Below, piece by piece: positions 1 to 11,806 of a stretch of 64,000 bases of DNA. Position numbers and translations under genes: made by a program. The DNA comes from Candidatus Latescibacterota bacterium (GTDB lineage Bacteria > Latescibacterota > UBA2968 > UBA8231): contig OZ252098.1 in the NCBI GenBank assembly GCA_965248355.1, positions 384,001-448,000 on the forward strand, in the 5' to 3' direction. Positions within the stretch are counted from its first letter, which is position 1, and the number at the start of each line of letters is the position of its first letter. Below the pieces are notes generated by a model that did not search any database, was not told the DNA's origin, and was given only the letters and a program-made list of their open reading frames with translations.

Positions 1-2
1 TC

Positions 3-431
3 GGCGAGCAGGTCGTGCTGTGCGGCGGCCTCACCGAGTTGATCCGGGCCGGCTTCGATACCCTGGTGGAGGCCGGGTACCAGCCCGAGGTCGCCTATTT
101 CGAGTGCCTCCACGAGGTCAAGCTGATCGTGGATCTGGTCTACGAGGGCGGCATCGCCAACATGCGCTCCTCCATAAGCGACACGGCGGAGTTCGGCGAC
201 CTGACCCGCGGCGAGCGGGTGGTCACGGAGGAGACTCGCCGTGAGATGAAGCGAATCCTGGAGCAGGTGCAGAACGGCCAGTTCGCCAAGGAGTGGCTGC
301 TGGAGAACCAGGTGGGTCGTCCGACCTACAACGCCCGGAAGCGCCGGGACGCAGAGCACCTGATCGAGGAGGTCGGTACCCGGCTGCGCGGCATGATGAG
401 CTGGCTGGGGGAAGGCCGGAGCGGGGGCTGA
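3..431 (+). CDS. ilvC: Ketol-acid reductoisomerase, C-terminal part (5' end outside window)
   Basis: Frame is open from the window start: GEQVVLCGG...[30 protein letters not shown]...SISDTAEFG are IlvC C-terminal motifs. Confidence 0.95.
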   Translation, partial: GEQVVLCGGLTELIRAGFDTLVEAGYQPEVAYFECLHEVKLIVDLVYEGGIANMRSSISDTAEFGDLTRGERVVTEETRREMKRILEQVQNGQFAKEWLLENQVGRPTYNARKRRDAEHLIEEVGTRLRGMMSWLGEGRSGG

Positions 432-463
432 CGGGCCCTCTTTCATCGGACGGAGCGATCGCC

Positions 464-2038
464 ATGGCACCATCAGAAACCGAGGACCGCGTCATCATCT
501 TCGACACGACCCTGCGCGACGCGGAGCAATCGCCGGGAGCGTCGCTGACGTTGCGCGACAAGCTGGAGATCGCCCATCAGCTCGCCCGCCTCCGGGTCGA
601 CGTCATCGAGGCCGGTTTCCCGGTCTCCTCCAACGAGGACTTCGAGGCCGTGCAGCGTATCGGGCTGGAGGTGGAGGGGCCCACGATCTGCGCCCTGGCG
701 CGGGTGATCCCCAAGGACATCGACCGCGCCGGGGAGGCGCTGAGGGGGGCGTCCAGGCCGCGCATCCACACCTTCGTGGGCACCTCCGAGGCGCACGTGT
801 CGCGGCAGATGCGCAAGAGCCGTTCGGAGGTCTTCGACATGGCGGTGAAGGCCGTGGCCCATGCCAGGGGGTACGCCGAGGACGTGGAGTTCTCGCCCAT
901 GGACGCCACGCGCGCCGAGTTCTCCTTCCTGGCCGAGATCGTGCAGGCCGCAATCGAGGCGGGGGCGGCGACGATCAACATCCCCGACACGGTGGGCTAC
1001 TCCGTGCCGGAGCAGATGGCGGCTCTCATCGGGCGCCTGCGCGCCGAGGTGCCGAACATCGATCAGGCCGTGCTCAGCGTGCACTGCCACGACGACCTCG
1101 GCATGGCCGTCTCCAACAGCCTGGCCTCGTTGCGGGCGGGGGCGCGTCAGGTGGAGTGCACCCTCAACGGCCTCGGGGAGCGCGCCGGCAACGCCTCGCT
1201 GGAGGAGGTGGTGATGGCGCTGAAGACGCGGGGCGACTACTTCGGTCTGCGCACGGAGGTCGTGGCCAGGGAGATCCTGTCCACGAGCCGCCTGGTGAGC
1301 CGCCTCATGGGCATCGTGGTTCCGCCCAACAAGGCGATCGTCGGCGCCAACGCCTTCGCCCACAGCTCGGGCATCCACCAGGACGGCGTGCTCAAGTCGC
1401 GGGACACCTTCGAGATCATGGACCCCACCGAGGTGGGCTGGGAGGCGACCTCCATCGTGCTGACGGCGCGCTCCGGCCGGCACGCCCTGCGTCATCGGCT
1501 GGAGGAGCTGGGCTACGAGATGGACGCGGAGCGCCTCGACGAGATCTACGAGCGTTTCCTGGAGCTGGCGGAAAAGAAGAAGGAGGTCTTCGACGAGGAT
1601 CTGATGGCCATCGTCGAGGACGAGATCCGCGAGGGCGAGGGCGGCCGGTATGCGCTGGAGTACCTGCACACGGTCAGCGGCACGGGCACCGTGCCCTCGG
1701 CCACGGTGCGGATCCGCGTCGACGGCGAGGAGCGCGTGCAGCAGTCGGCCTGGGGCGACGGCCCGGTGGACGCCACGTACGAGGCCATCAACCAGGTGAC
1801 CAATACCCGGGCCAAGGTCGAGGAGTACTCCATCCAGGCGATCACCGGGGGCAGCCAGGCCATGGGCGACGTGACGGTACGCGTCAGTGACGGCGACCTG
1901 AAGACCACGGGGCGCGGCACGTCGACGGACATCATCGAGGCCAGCGCCCGGGCCTATCTGGACGCCATCAACCGGTTGGAGCTGCGCCGGGGGCGGCAGG
2001 TGCGACTGGACCAGAAGGCCCCGGACCGCGCCCTCTGA
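464..2038 (+). CDS. leuA: 2-isopropylmalate synthase
   Basis: [39 protein letters not shown] and a C-terminal regulatory domain (GDGPVDA...[12 protein letters not shown]). ATG at 464 follows a GGAG. Confidence 0.95.
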   Translation: MAPSETEDRVIIFDTTLRDAEQSPGASLTLRDKLEIAHQLARLRVDVIEAGFPVSSNEDFEAVQRIGLEVEGPTICALARVIPKDIDRAGEALRGASRPRIHTFVGTSEAHVSRQMRKSRSEVFDMAVKAVAHARGYAEDVEFSPMDATRAEFSFLAEIVQAAIEAGAATINIPDTVGYSVPEQMAALIGRLRAEVPNIDQAVLSVHCHDDLGMAVSNSLASLRAGARQVECTLNGLGERAGNASLEEVVMALKTRGDYFGLRTEVVAREILSTSRLVSRLMGIVVPPNKAIVGANAFAHSSGIHQDGVLKSRDTFEIMDPTEVGWEATSIVLTARSGRHALRHRLEELGYEMDAERLDEIYERFLELAEKKKEVFDEDLMAIVEDEIREGEGGRYALEYLHTVSGTGTVPSATVRIRVDGEERVQQSAWGDGPVDATYEAINQVTNTRAKVEEYSIQAITGGSQAMGDVTVRVSDGDLKTTGRGTSTDIIEASARAYLDAINRLELRRGRQVRLDQKAPDRAL

Positions 2039-2079
2039 GGCCGCCCGCCGCCATCCTCTCAGGGGGAGATCGAAAGCAG

Positions 2080-3480
2080 ATGGGGAAGAACCTGTTCGAG
2101 AAAGTCTGGGAAGCCCACACCGTGCGCGAGCTGTCCTCCGGACAGACGCAGCTGTTCGTCGGACTGCACCTGATCCACGAGGTCACCAGCCCCCAGGCTT
2201 TCCAGATGCTGCGGGAGCGCGGACTGAGGGTGATGCACCCCGAGCGCACCTGGGCCACGGTGGACCACATCATACCCACCGACATGCGCGGCCGGCCCTT
2301 CCTCGACGATCTCGCCGAGAGGATGATGGTGGCCATCGAGGAGAATGCCGCCGAGTTCGAGATCCCCCTCTTCGGCATGGACGATCCGCGCCGGGGGATC
2401 GTCCACGTCATCGGTCCCGAGCTCGGGCTGACCCAGCCCGGGATGACGATCGCCTGCGGCGACAGCCACACCTCCACCCACGGCGCCTTCGGGGCCGTCG
2501 CCTTCGGCATCGGCACCAGCCAGGTGCGGGACGTGCTCGCCTCCCAGTGCCTGGCCATGTCGCGTCCCAAGGTGCGCCGCGTGTCCGTCGACGGGACCCT
2601 CGGCCAGGGGGTGTACGCCAAGGACCTGACGCTCCACGTCATCGGCGCCCTGGGCGTGAAGGGTGGGGTGGGGTACGCCTACGAGTACGCCGGCGAGGTC
2701 CTGGACCGCATGTCCATGGAAGAGCGGATGACGGTGTGCAACATGTCCATCGAGGGCGGAGCCCGCTGCGGCTACGTCAATCCCGACGCGACCACATTCG
2801 AGTATCTCCAGGGCCGCCCGGAGGCCCCGAGGGGCGCCGCCTTCGATGACGCCGTCGACTGGTGGCGGTCGATCGCTTCCGGACCCGACGCCGGGTACGA
2901 CGATGTCGTGGAGATCGACGCCGCCCACATCGCCCCGACCGTCACCTGGGGCATCAACCCCGGGCAGTCCTGTGGTGTGGACGGATCCCTGCCCTTCCCC
3001 GAGGAGGCAGGTGGCGACGCCGGGGGGGTCGCCGAAGCCCTCGACTACATGGGGTTCGAGGCCGGGCAGCCCATCGCCGGCACCCCGGTGGACGTGGCCT
3101 TCATCGGCTCGTGCACCAACTCGCGCATCTCCGATCTTCGGGAGGCGGCGAAAGTCGTGAAGGGTCGAAGGGCCGCCCCCGACGTGAAAGCCCTCGTCGT
3201 CCCGGGGTCGCAGAAGGTGGGTGACCAGGCCCGGCGCGAGGGTCTCGACGAGGTCTTCCGCGCCGCCGGGTTCGAATGGCGCGAGGCCGGCTGCTCCATG
3301 TGCCTGGCCATGAATCCCGACAAGCTGGAGGGGCGGCAAGTCTGCGCTTCGTCGAGCAATCGCAACTTCAAGGGCCGCCAGGGAAGTCCCACGGGGCGGA
3401 CTCTGCTCATGAGCCCGGCCATGGTCGCGGCGGCCGCGGTGAGCGGGCGGGTGACCGACGTGCGCACCATGCTGAACTGA
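2080..3480 (+). CDS. leuC: 3-isopropylmalate dehydratase large subunit
   Basis: [50 protein letters not shown]. Confidence 0.97.
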   Translation: MGKNLFEKVWEAHTVRELSSGQTQLFVGLHLIHEVTSPQAFQMLRERGLRVMHPERTWATVDHIIPTDMRGRPFLDDLAERMMVAIEENAAEFEIPLFGMDDPRRGIVHVIGPELGLTQPGMTIACGDSHTSTHGAFGAVAFGIGTSQVRDVLASQCLAMSRPKVRRVSVDGTLGQGVYAKDLTLHVIGALGVKGGVGYAYEYAGEVLDRMSMEERMTVCNMSIEGGARCGYVNPDATTFEYLQGRPEAPRGAAFDDAVDWWRSIASGPDAGYDDVVEIDAAHIAPTVTWGINPGQSCGVDGSLPFPEEAGGDAGGVAEALDYMGFEAGQPIAGTPVDVAFIGSCTNSRISDLREAAKVVKGRRAAPDVKALVVPGSQKVGDQARREGLDEVFRAAGFEWREAGCSMCLAMNPDKLEGRQVCASSSNRNFKGRQGSPTGRTLLMSPAMVAAAAVSGRVTDVRTMLN

Positions 3481-3487
3481 GGGAGAG

Positions 3488-4108
3488 ATGACACCGACGC
3501 GCGAGGCATCCTCGAGCATCCGTCACCGGATCAGCGGCCGCGCCGTACCGGTACGCGGCAACGACATCGACACCGACCGCATCATCCCGGCGCGTTACCT
3601 GCGCACCGTCACCTTCGACGGTCTCGGGGAGCACGCCTTCGAGGACGACCGCGCCGCCGCCGGACACCCCTTCAAGGATCCGCGCTTCGCCGGCGCCTCC
3701 ATCCTCGTGGCCCATGACAACTTCGGCTGCGGCTCCTCCCGGGAGCACGCCCCCCAGGCCCTGATGCGCTGGGGGATCGAGGCCTTCGTGGCCGTCTCCT
3801 TCGCCGAGATCTTCTTCGGCAACTGCGTGGCCATGGGCCTCCCCTGCCTGAAGGTGTCGGAGGGGGAGGTGGCGCGGCTGATGCAGGCCGTCGAGGAGGA
3901 TCCGGCCCTGTCGGTAGAGATCGACGTGGAGGCGCAGACAGCGTTTTTTGGCGGAGAGAGGATCGCGGCGACCATGCCGGAGGGTCCGCGAGAGCAGCTG
4001 GTGACCGGGACCTGGGACGCCCTCGGGCAGTTGCTGGAGGCCGGGGACGCGATCGAGCGAACGGCGCGGAGGCTGCCGTACTTGTCGGCCTTTGGAAGGA
4101 GGTCCTGA
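3488..4108 (+). CDS. leuD: 3-isopropylmalate dehydratase small subunit
   Basis: DIDTDRIIPARYL and NFGCGSSREHAPQAL; follows leuC. Confidence 0.97.
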   Translation: MTPTREASSSIRHRISGRAVPVRGNDIDTDRIIPARYLRTVTFDGLGEHAFEDDRAAAGHPFKDPRFAGASILVAHDNFGCGSSREHAPQALMRWGIEAFVAVSFAEIFFGNCVAMGLPCLKVSEGEVARLMQAVEEDPALSVEIDVEAQTAFFGGERIAATMPEGPREQLVTGTWDALGQLLEAGDAIERTARRLPYLSAFGRRS

Positions 4109-4131
4109 GAATGGGAGAGGAAGGGACGCAA

Positions 4132-5205
4132 GTGAGATCGTACAAGATCGCCGTCCTGCCGGGAGACGGGACCGGCCCCGAGGTGATCGTCGAGGGGATG
4201 AAGGCCCTGGCCGCCCTGGCCGACAGGACGGGATTCACCTATGAGAGCGTGGAGTTCGACTTCGGTGGCGACCGCTATCTGCGGACCGGCGAGACGCTGC
4301 CCGACTCCGCCGTGGACGAGCTGCGGCAGTTCGACGCCATCTACCTCGGCGCCATCGGCCACCCCGACGTGAGGCCGGGCGTGCTCGAGAAGGGGATCCT
4401 CCTCAGGCTCCGCTTCGAGCTGGATCAGTACATCAACCTGCGGCCGGTGAAGCTCTACCCGAACGTGCCGACTCCGCTCAAGGACAAGGGTCCGGCGGAG
4501 ATCGACTTCGTGGTGGTGCGCGAGAACACGGAGGGCATCTACACCGGCGCCGGCGGGTTCTTCAAGAAGGGGACGCCCGACGAGATCGCCGTGCAGGAGT
4601 CGATCAACACCCGCAAGGGGGTCGAGCGCTGCCTGCGTTACGCCTTCGAGTACACGCGCCGCCGCAACAAGGCCCGGACCCTCACCTTGTGCGGCAAGAC
4701 CAACGTCCTCACCTTCGCCTTCGATCTCTGGGAGCGGGCCTTCCACGAGGTGGGCGAGGCCGATTACGGCGACATCCGGCGCGACTACGCCCACGTGGAC
4801 GCCATCTGCATGTGGATGGTGAAGAACCCCGAGTGGTTCGACGTGATCGTCACCGACAACATCTTCGGCGACATCATCACCGACCTGGGGGCCATGATCC
4901 AGGGAGGCATGGGCATCGCCGCGGGGGGCAACATCCATCCCGGGGGGGTGTCGATGTTCGAGCCCATCGGCGGATCGGCGCCGAAGTACACGGGCCGGAA
5001 CGTGATCAACCCCATGGCGGCTATCGGCGCCTGCCAGCTGATGGTCGACACCCTCGGCGAGCACGAGGCCGCCGGGATCCTCGAGGACGCCGTCGTGTCG
5101 ACCCTGCAGCGGTTGAAGGGCATGGGGGCGGGGGAGATGGGCTATTCCACGAGCCAGGTGGGCGACCTGGTGGCCGAGGCCGTCGCCGCCGCGCCGTCTC
5201 CCTGA
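4132..5205 (+). CDS. leuB: 3-isopropylmalate dehydrogenase
   Basis: IAVLPGDGTGPEV, VVRENTEG, DNIFGDIITD, MFEPIGGSAPKY. Start is GTG 4132 or ATG 4111. Confidence 0.92.
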   Translation: MRSYKIAVLPGDGTGPEVIVEGMKALAALADRTGFTYESVEFDFGGDRYLRTGETLPDSAVDELRQFDAIYLGAIGHPDVRPGVLEKGILLRLRFELDQYINLRPVKLYPNVPTPLKDKGPAEIDFVVVRENTEGIYTGAGGFFKKGTPDEIAVQESINTRKGVERCLRYAFEYTRRRNKARTLTLCGKTNVLTFAFDLWERAFHEVGEADYGDIRRDYAHVDAICMWMVKNPEWFDVIVTDNIFGDIITDLGAMIQGGMGIAAGGNIHPGGVSMFEPIGGSAPKYTGRNVINPMAAIGACQLMVDTLGEHEAAGILEDAVVSTLQRLKGMGAGEMGYSTSQVGDLVAEAVAAAPSP

Positions 5206-5294
5206 CGGTGGAGACAGGGGAGGGTGTTGCTCGTGCCTCCACCCAGGTCATCTCCGCCGTCCGCCCCCGCCGCCGGAGCACCCGAGGGCCGTCC

Positions 5295-6892
<1,598 letters not shown>

Positions 6893-6896
<4 letters not shown>

Positions 6897-8107
6897 TCGA
6901 GATCGAAGGCGGGAGCGTCACCTCCTCCCGGGGTTTCCGGGCTGCCGGCGTCACCTGCGGCATCAAGCCCTCGGGGAGTCGGGATCTGTCCCTGACCGTA
7001 TCCGACGGGCCCGCCGCGGGCGCCGCCGTGTACACCACGAACCGCGTGCAGGGGGCGCCGATCCCGGTCTGCCGCGAGCATCTGGCCGACGGCCGCGCCC
7101 GGGCCGTCATCGTCAACAGCGGCATCGCCAACGTCTGCAACGGCGCCAGGGGCCGCGCCGACGCGGTGCGCATGTGCGAGGCCACGGCCCAGAGGCTCGG
7201 CCTGTCCACGTCGGAGGTCCTCGTCTGTTCCACCGGCATCATCGGCGTGCCGCTGCCGATGGGGAGGATCGAGGAAGGCATCCCGCGCGTCGTTGAGAGC
7301 CTGTCGGAGGAGGGCGGCGTCGAGGCGGCGGAGGCGATGATGACGACGGACACCGTGGCCAAGCACGCCGCCGTCCGCGTCGACCTCGACGGCATTCCGG
7401 CCACGGTGGGGGCCGTCGCCAAGGGCGCCGCCATGATCTCGCCGAACTTGGCCACCATGCTGTCCCTGGTCACCACCGACGCCGCCGTGCCCTCCGAGCG
7501 CCTGCAGCAGTTGCTGGTGCGCGCCGTTGGCCGCAGCTTCAACTGCTGCACCGTCGATGGCGACATGAGCACCAGCGACACCGTGATCGCCCTGGCCAAC
7601 GGCGCCGCCATGGGCGGGGTCGACGCCTCCCCGGGCTTGTCGGAGACGGCCTTCGAGAGCTTGGCCGCGGCCATGGAGCACGTCTGCCGCAGGATGGCGC
7701 GGGCCATCGCCGCCGACGGCGAGGGGGCGAGCAAGCTGATCGCGATTCGAGTTCTCGGAGGGCGGACGGAGGCCGAGGCTCGGAAGGTCGGTCTGGCCGT
7801 GGCCAACTCCAGCCTGGTGAAGACCGCCGCTTTCGGCAACGATCCAAACTGGGGCCGAATCCTCTGCGCCGTGGGATATGCCGGCGTCGAGCTCGATCCG
7901 GAGGCGGTGGGAGTGTCGCTCTGCGGCCGGCCGGTCTACGGCGGCGGCGCCGGGATCGACTTCGACGCCGGGGCCCTGAGCGAGGCCATGAAGTCGGAGG
8001 AGATCGACATCGAGGTCGATCTGAAGGCGGGCGCGGCGGAGGCGGAGATCTTCACCAGCGACCTGACCTACGAATACGTGCGCCTGAACGCGGAGTATAC
8101 CACATGA
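6893..8107 (+). CDS. argJ: Bifunctional ornithine acetyltransferase / N-acetylglutamate synthase
   Basis: GFRAAG, NSGIAN, STGIIG, KGAAMISPNLATML, DGDMSTSD, GNDPNWGRI, YVRLNAEYTT. ATGA overlap with cimA. Confidence 0.95.
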
Positions 8108-9306
8108 ACGAAGGGTTGTCGGCTTACATCCAGCGCGTCGCCCCATCGGCGACGATGGCCACCTCGGCCAAGGCGGCGGCCCTGCGGCGGGAGGGCGTCG
8201 ACGTGATCGCCCTGTCTGCCGGCGAGCCCGACTTCGACACGCCGGAGCACATCAAGGACGCCGCCAAGCAGGCCCTGGACGAGGGCTTCACCAAGTACAC
8301 CTCGCCGCCCTCCGGCATTCCAGAGCTGAAGGCCGCCGTCTGCGGCAAGTTCCGGAAGGACAACGGCCTGGAGTACGGTCCGGAGGAGGTGGTCGTCAAC
8401 AACGGGGCCAAGCACTCCCTGGCTCTGGCCGTGGCGGCGGTGTTGAACCCGGGCGACGAGATGGTCATCCCCACGCCTTACTGGGTGACCTTCACGGAGC
8501 AGCCCAAGCTCGTCGGCGCGAATCCCGTGATCGTGGAGACCCGGGACGAAGAGGGCCTGAAGCTGACCCCGGAGCAGTTGCGCGCCGTGCTCACCCCGCG
8601 GACCCGGATGGTCCTGATCAACAGCCCGTCCAACCCGAGCGGCGCCGTCTACTCCCGGCAGGAGCTGGCCGCCCTCGGCGAGGTCGTCCTCGAGCACGGG
8701 CTCTACGTCCTCAGCGACGAGATCTACGAGAAGCTGATCTACGACGGGGCCGAGCACGTCTCCGTGGCGCAGCTGAGCCCGGAGCTGAAGGCGCGCACCA
8801 TCATCGTCAACGGCGTCTCCAAGACCTACGCCATGACCGGCTGGCGGATCGGCTACGCCGCGGGCCCCGGCGACGTCATCGGCCTGATGGACAAGGCCCA
8901 GAGCCAGACCGTCTCCCACGCCTCTTCGATCTCGCAGAAGGCTGCGGTGGCAGCCCTTGAAGGGCCCCAGGAGATGGTGGAGGAGATGCGCCGGGAGTAC
9001 GATCGCCGGCGCCGGTTTGTCGTCGACCGCCTCAACGGACTGCAGGGCGTCATCTGTGCCCTGCCCCTCGGGGCCTTCTATGTCTATCCGGACGTGTCCG
9101 CCTGCTTCGGGCTCCGCACCGGCGAGCGGGTGATCGCCGACGGCATCGACCTTTGCGACTACCTCCTCGACGAGGCTCGGGTGGCCTGCGTGCCCGGCCG
9201 GGGGTTCGGCACGGAAGCGCACCTCCGACTGTCGTACGCCACCTCGATGGAGAACCTCCACCGCGCCATGGACCGCCTCGACGAGGCTCTGGGGAAGCTG
9301 GCGTGA
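8104..9306 (+). CDS. PLP-dependent aminotransferase class I/II (aspartate aminotransferase-like)
   Basis: GEPDFDTP, NSPSNPSG, SDEIYE, SKTYAMTGWRIGY. Confidence 0.92.
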   Translation: MNEGLSAYIQRVAPSATMATSAKAAALRREGVDVIALSAGEPDFDTPEHIKDAAKQALDEGFTKYTSPPSGIPELKAAVCGKFRKDNGLEYGPEEVVVNNGAKHSLALAVAAVLNPGDEMVIPTPYWVTFTEQPKLVGANPVIVETRDEEGLKLTPEQLRAVLTPRTRMVLINSPSNPSGAVYSRQELAALGEVVLEHGLYVLSDEIYEKLIYDGAEHVSVAQLSPELKARTIIVNGVSKTYAMTGWRIGYAAGPGDVIGLMDKAQSQTVSHASSISQKAAVAALEGPQEMVEEMRREYDRRRRFVVDRLNGLQGVICALPLGAFYVYPDVSACFGLRTGERVIADGIDLCDYLLDEARVACVPGRGFGTEAHLRLSYATSMENLHRAMDRLDEALGKLA

Positions 9307-9372
9307 AGAAGGGAGCCAGGAGTGGTGTCTTTGCCGGTGACCCGCATCCTTTCTCCGCCCCGGCGGCAGGCT

Positions 9373-10335
9373 ATGAGTGACGACACCTCCCACCTCGACT
9401 TCGAGCGCCCCATCGTGGAGCTCGAGAAACGCATCAGCGAGATGGAGGCCCAGGCCGAGACCGACGGTCTCGATCTGAGCGGCGAGATCCGTTCCCTGGA
9501 GGAGCGCGTCAAGAAGCTTCGCCGCGAGATCTACTCCCGGCTCACGCGCTGGCAGCGGGTGCAGATCTCCCGCCATCCGCAGCGTCCGTACGCCCTCGAC
9601 TACATCGAGCGGATCCTCACCGACTTCATCGAGCTCCACGGCGACCGTTATTACGGGGACGACAAGTCGATCGTCGGTGGACCCGCCCGTCTCGACGGCG
9701 AGCCCTTGGTCGTGGTGGGCATCCAGAGCGGGCGCAACTTGGACGACCGCAAGCTGCGCAATTTCGGCATGCCCCATCCCGAGGGCTACCGCAAGGCCCT
9801 GCGCCTGATGCAGATGGCGGCCAAGTTCCGGCGCCCCATCCTGACTCTTGTCGATACGTCGGGCGCCTTTCCCGGCGTCGAGGCCGAGGAGCGGGGACAG
9901 GCGGAGGCCATCGCCCGCAACCTGTTCGAGATGTCCCACCTGCCCGTGCCCATCGTCGTGGCCATCATCGGTCAGGCCTTCTCCGGTGGGGCCATCGGCA
10001 TTACCGTAGGCGACCGCATCCTGATGCTGGAGCACGCCGTCTACTCGGTGATCGTGCCCGAGAGCTGCTCCACGATCCTTTTCCGCACGCGGGACCGCAA
10101 GGAAGAAGCGGCCGAAGCGCTCAGGCTTTCGGCGGCGGACCTGATCAGGAACAAGATCGTGGACCGCGTGGTTCCCGAGCCCTTCGGCGGCGCCCACCGC
10201 GACTACGACCAGGTGGCATCGAGCCTGAAGCGTCACATCCAGGAGGCCCTGGCGGAGTTGCGTCCACTGGACCCGCAGGACCTGGTGGATCAGCGTGTCG
10301 AGAAGTTCTCTGCCATGGGGGTCTGGGAGGAGTAG
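9373..10335 (+). CDS. accA: Acetyl-CoA carboxylase carboxyltransferase alpha subunit
   Basis: [56 protein letters not shown]. Confidence 0.96.
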   Translation: MSDDTSHLDFERPIVELEKRISEMEAQAETDGLDLSGEIRSLEERVKKLRREIYSRLTRWQRVQISRHPQRPYALDYIERILTDFIELHGDRYYGDDKSIVGGPARLDGEPLVVVGIQSGRNLDDRKLRNFGMPHPEGYRKALRLMQMAAKFRRPILTLVDTSGAFPGVEAEERGQAEAIARNLFEMSHLPVPIVVAIIGQAFSGGAIGITVGDRILMLEHAVYSVIVPESCSTILFRTRDRKEEAAEALRLSAADLIRNKIVDRVVPEPFGGAHRDYDQVASSLKRHIQEALAELRPLDPQDLVDQRVEKFSAMGVWEE

Positions 10336-10370
10336 GGCCGGCTTCCCATGGGGAGCATCCGCCCCTGACG

Positions 10371-10413
10371 AAAAGAAGCGGCCCCCGTCTCGCCGGGAGG
10401 AGACGGGGGCCGC
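10371..10413 (-). terminator. Rho-independent terminator between convergent genes
   Basis: 14-bp perfect stem GCGGCCCCCGTCTC (10378-10391) / GAGACGGGGGCCGC (10400-10413). The flanking AAAAGAA reads as a U-tract on the minus strand. Confidence 0.8.
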
Positions 10414-10433
10414 ACTGGTTCTGGTCGTCGTCC

Positions 10434-11357
10434 TTAGTTGCGGCGCACGCGGTCGAAGAGCCGCTCCAGCCGGTCGAAAGCCAGGCGAATCATGTCGTCG
10501 TCCCAGTCGCCGTCGACGTTGACGCGCAGCACGGACTTGAGGGTGTCGAGGTAGGCGCGCTGGGCCTCGGTGAGAGGGCGGTTGCTCGCACCTCGTTCGC
10601 GATCCCGCTCGCCGCGGTCCCGTTCGCCGCGGTCCCGCTCCCCCCGTTCGCCGCGGTCCCGCTCCCCTCGTTCGCCGCGGTCCCGCTCTCCGCCCCGGCC
10701 CTGAGGGCGCCGGTCGGCCGCCTGAGGAGACCGGCCTTCGCCGCGACGCCCGTTGCCCGAGGCCGGCCCCGTCGTCTCCCCGCTCTCCTTGGCCTCGGAG
10801 CCGCCGTCGTCGATCTCGGCCACTTCGGCCTCGCCGGCCACTTCGGTCTCTTCAGTCTCTTCGACGGCAGGCAAAGGGCCTCCGCCTTCCGCCTCGGTCA
10901 GCAGGTACTTGAAGAACATCTTCATCTTGTTGGCCGAGTCGTTCCCCATACCTGTCTCGTGGCGGAAGTAGGCGACCATGTCCCGATCGGACATCTCGCC
11001 GCCGCTTTCCCGGTACTGCCCCAGCAGCTCCGGGTAGAGGTCGTTGAGGACCTCGTCGATGGCCTGACGCCGGTTGTCCTTGTCGACCAGGCTCATCAGC
11101 CGGTCCGTGGGCCGCTGCTCATCGTCGATCAGCCCCATGGCCTCGACGCCGCGGAGAAAGCGGTAGATCATCGAGGGCGTGCGGATGATGGCGCGTACGT
11201 AGTCGCGGTCGATCTCCTCCGGGATCTTGCCCTGCAGGCGGGAGAGGAACTTCTCGAACTGGGTCTTGGTGATGTAAGGATACCAAGGCGTGTCCTTGCC
11301 CTGCTGGCCCTCGCCCTCGCTGGCGACGACCTCCTCGTCATCCCTTGGTTCTGCCAT
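10434..11357 (-). CDS. DUF5343-like domain protein with acidic and Arg/Asp/Glu/Gly-rich low-complexity linker
   Basis: N-terminal YPYIT..FEKFL...IPEEIDRDY...GLIDDEQRPTD pattern resembles DUF5343. ATG at 11357. Confidence 0.55.
   Translation of the reverse strand: MAEPRDDEEVVASEGEGQQGKDTPWYPYITKTQFEKFLSRLQGKIPEEIDRDYVRAIIRTPSMIYRFLRGVEAMGLIDDEQRPTDRLMSLVDKDNRRQAIDEVLNDLYPELLGQYRESGGEMSDRDMVAYFRHETGMGNDSANKMKMFFKYLLTEAEGGGPLPAVEETEETEVAGEAEVAEIDDGGSEAKESGETTGPASGNGRRGEGRSPQAADRRPQGRGGERDRGERGERDRGERGERDRGERDRGERDRERGASNRPLTEAQRAYLDTLKSVLRVNVDGDWDDDMIRLAFDRLERLFDRVRRN
10592..10690 (-). repeat. In-frame tandem repeats encoding GERDR / GERGERDR
   Basis: Repeated CGCCGCGGTCCCG units on the + strand; the protein reads GERDRGERGERDRGERGERDRGERDRGERDRER. 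Confidence 0.85.
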
Positions 11358-11413
11358 GGGAATAGCTCCGATGCGATGGATGGTGAGCCGTCGCGCCTCG
11401 CGTCCCTGCCCGG

Positions 11414-11761
11414 TCAGGGATAGGCGGCCGTCACCTTTGTGGTGATACCGCCGCGGGCGCTGTAATCGCCGACCACCGTCATCCGTCTGGGCGCGCATGC
11501 GGCCACGAGATGATCGAGGATCGCGTTGGTCACGGCTTCGTAGAAGATGCCCTGCTGGCGATAGGACTGCAGGTAGAGCTTGAGAGATTTGAGCTCGATG
11601 CAGCGATCACCGGGGACATATGTGATGTGGATGGTGCCGAAGTCTGGTTGTCCGGTCCGGGGACAGACCGAGGTGAACTCGGGACACTCGATGTCGATGG
11701 TGTAATCCCGACGCGGCTCGGGATTGGGGAAGATCTCCAGAAGTTCCTCGGGAGGGGACAT
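11414..11761 (-). CDS. queF: NADPH-dependent preQ0 reductase (short type)
   Basis: [31 protein letters not shown]. Confidence 0.95.
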   Translation of the reverse strand: MSPPEELLEIFPNPEPRRDYTIDIECPEFTSVCPRTGQPDFGTIHITYVPGDRCIELKSLKLYLQSYRQQGIFYEAVTNAILDHLVAACAPRRMTVVGDYSARGGITTKVTAAYP

Positions 11762-11806
11762 CCCCCGAGAAACTAGGCCACCATCATCGCCCGGTCAAAT
11801 GGGGGG

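Noticed and set aside
10592-10690. Repeats resembling a CRISPR array
   Set aside because: They are in-frame coding repeats with no spacers and no cas genes.
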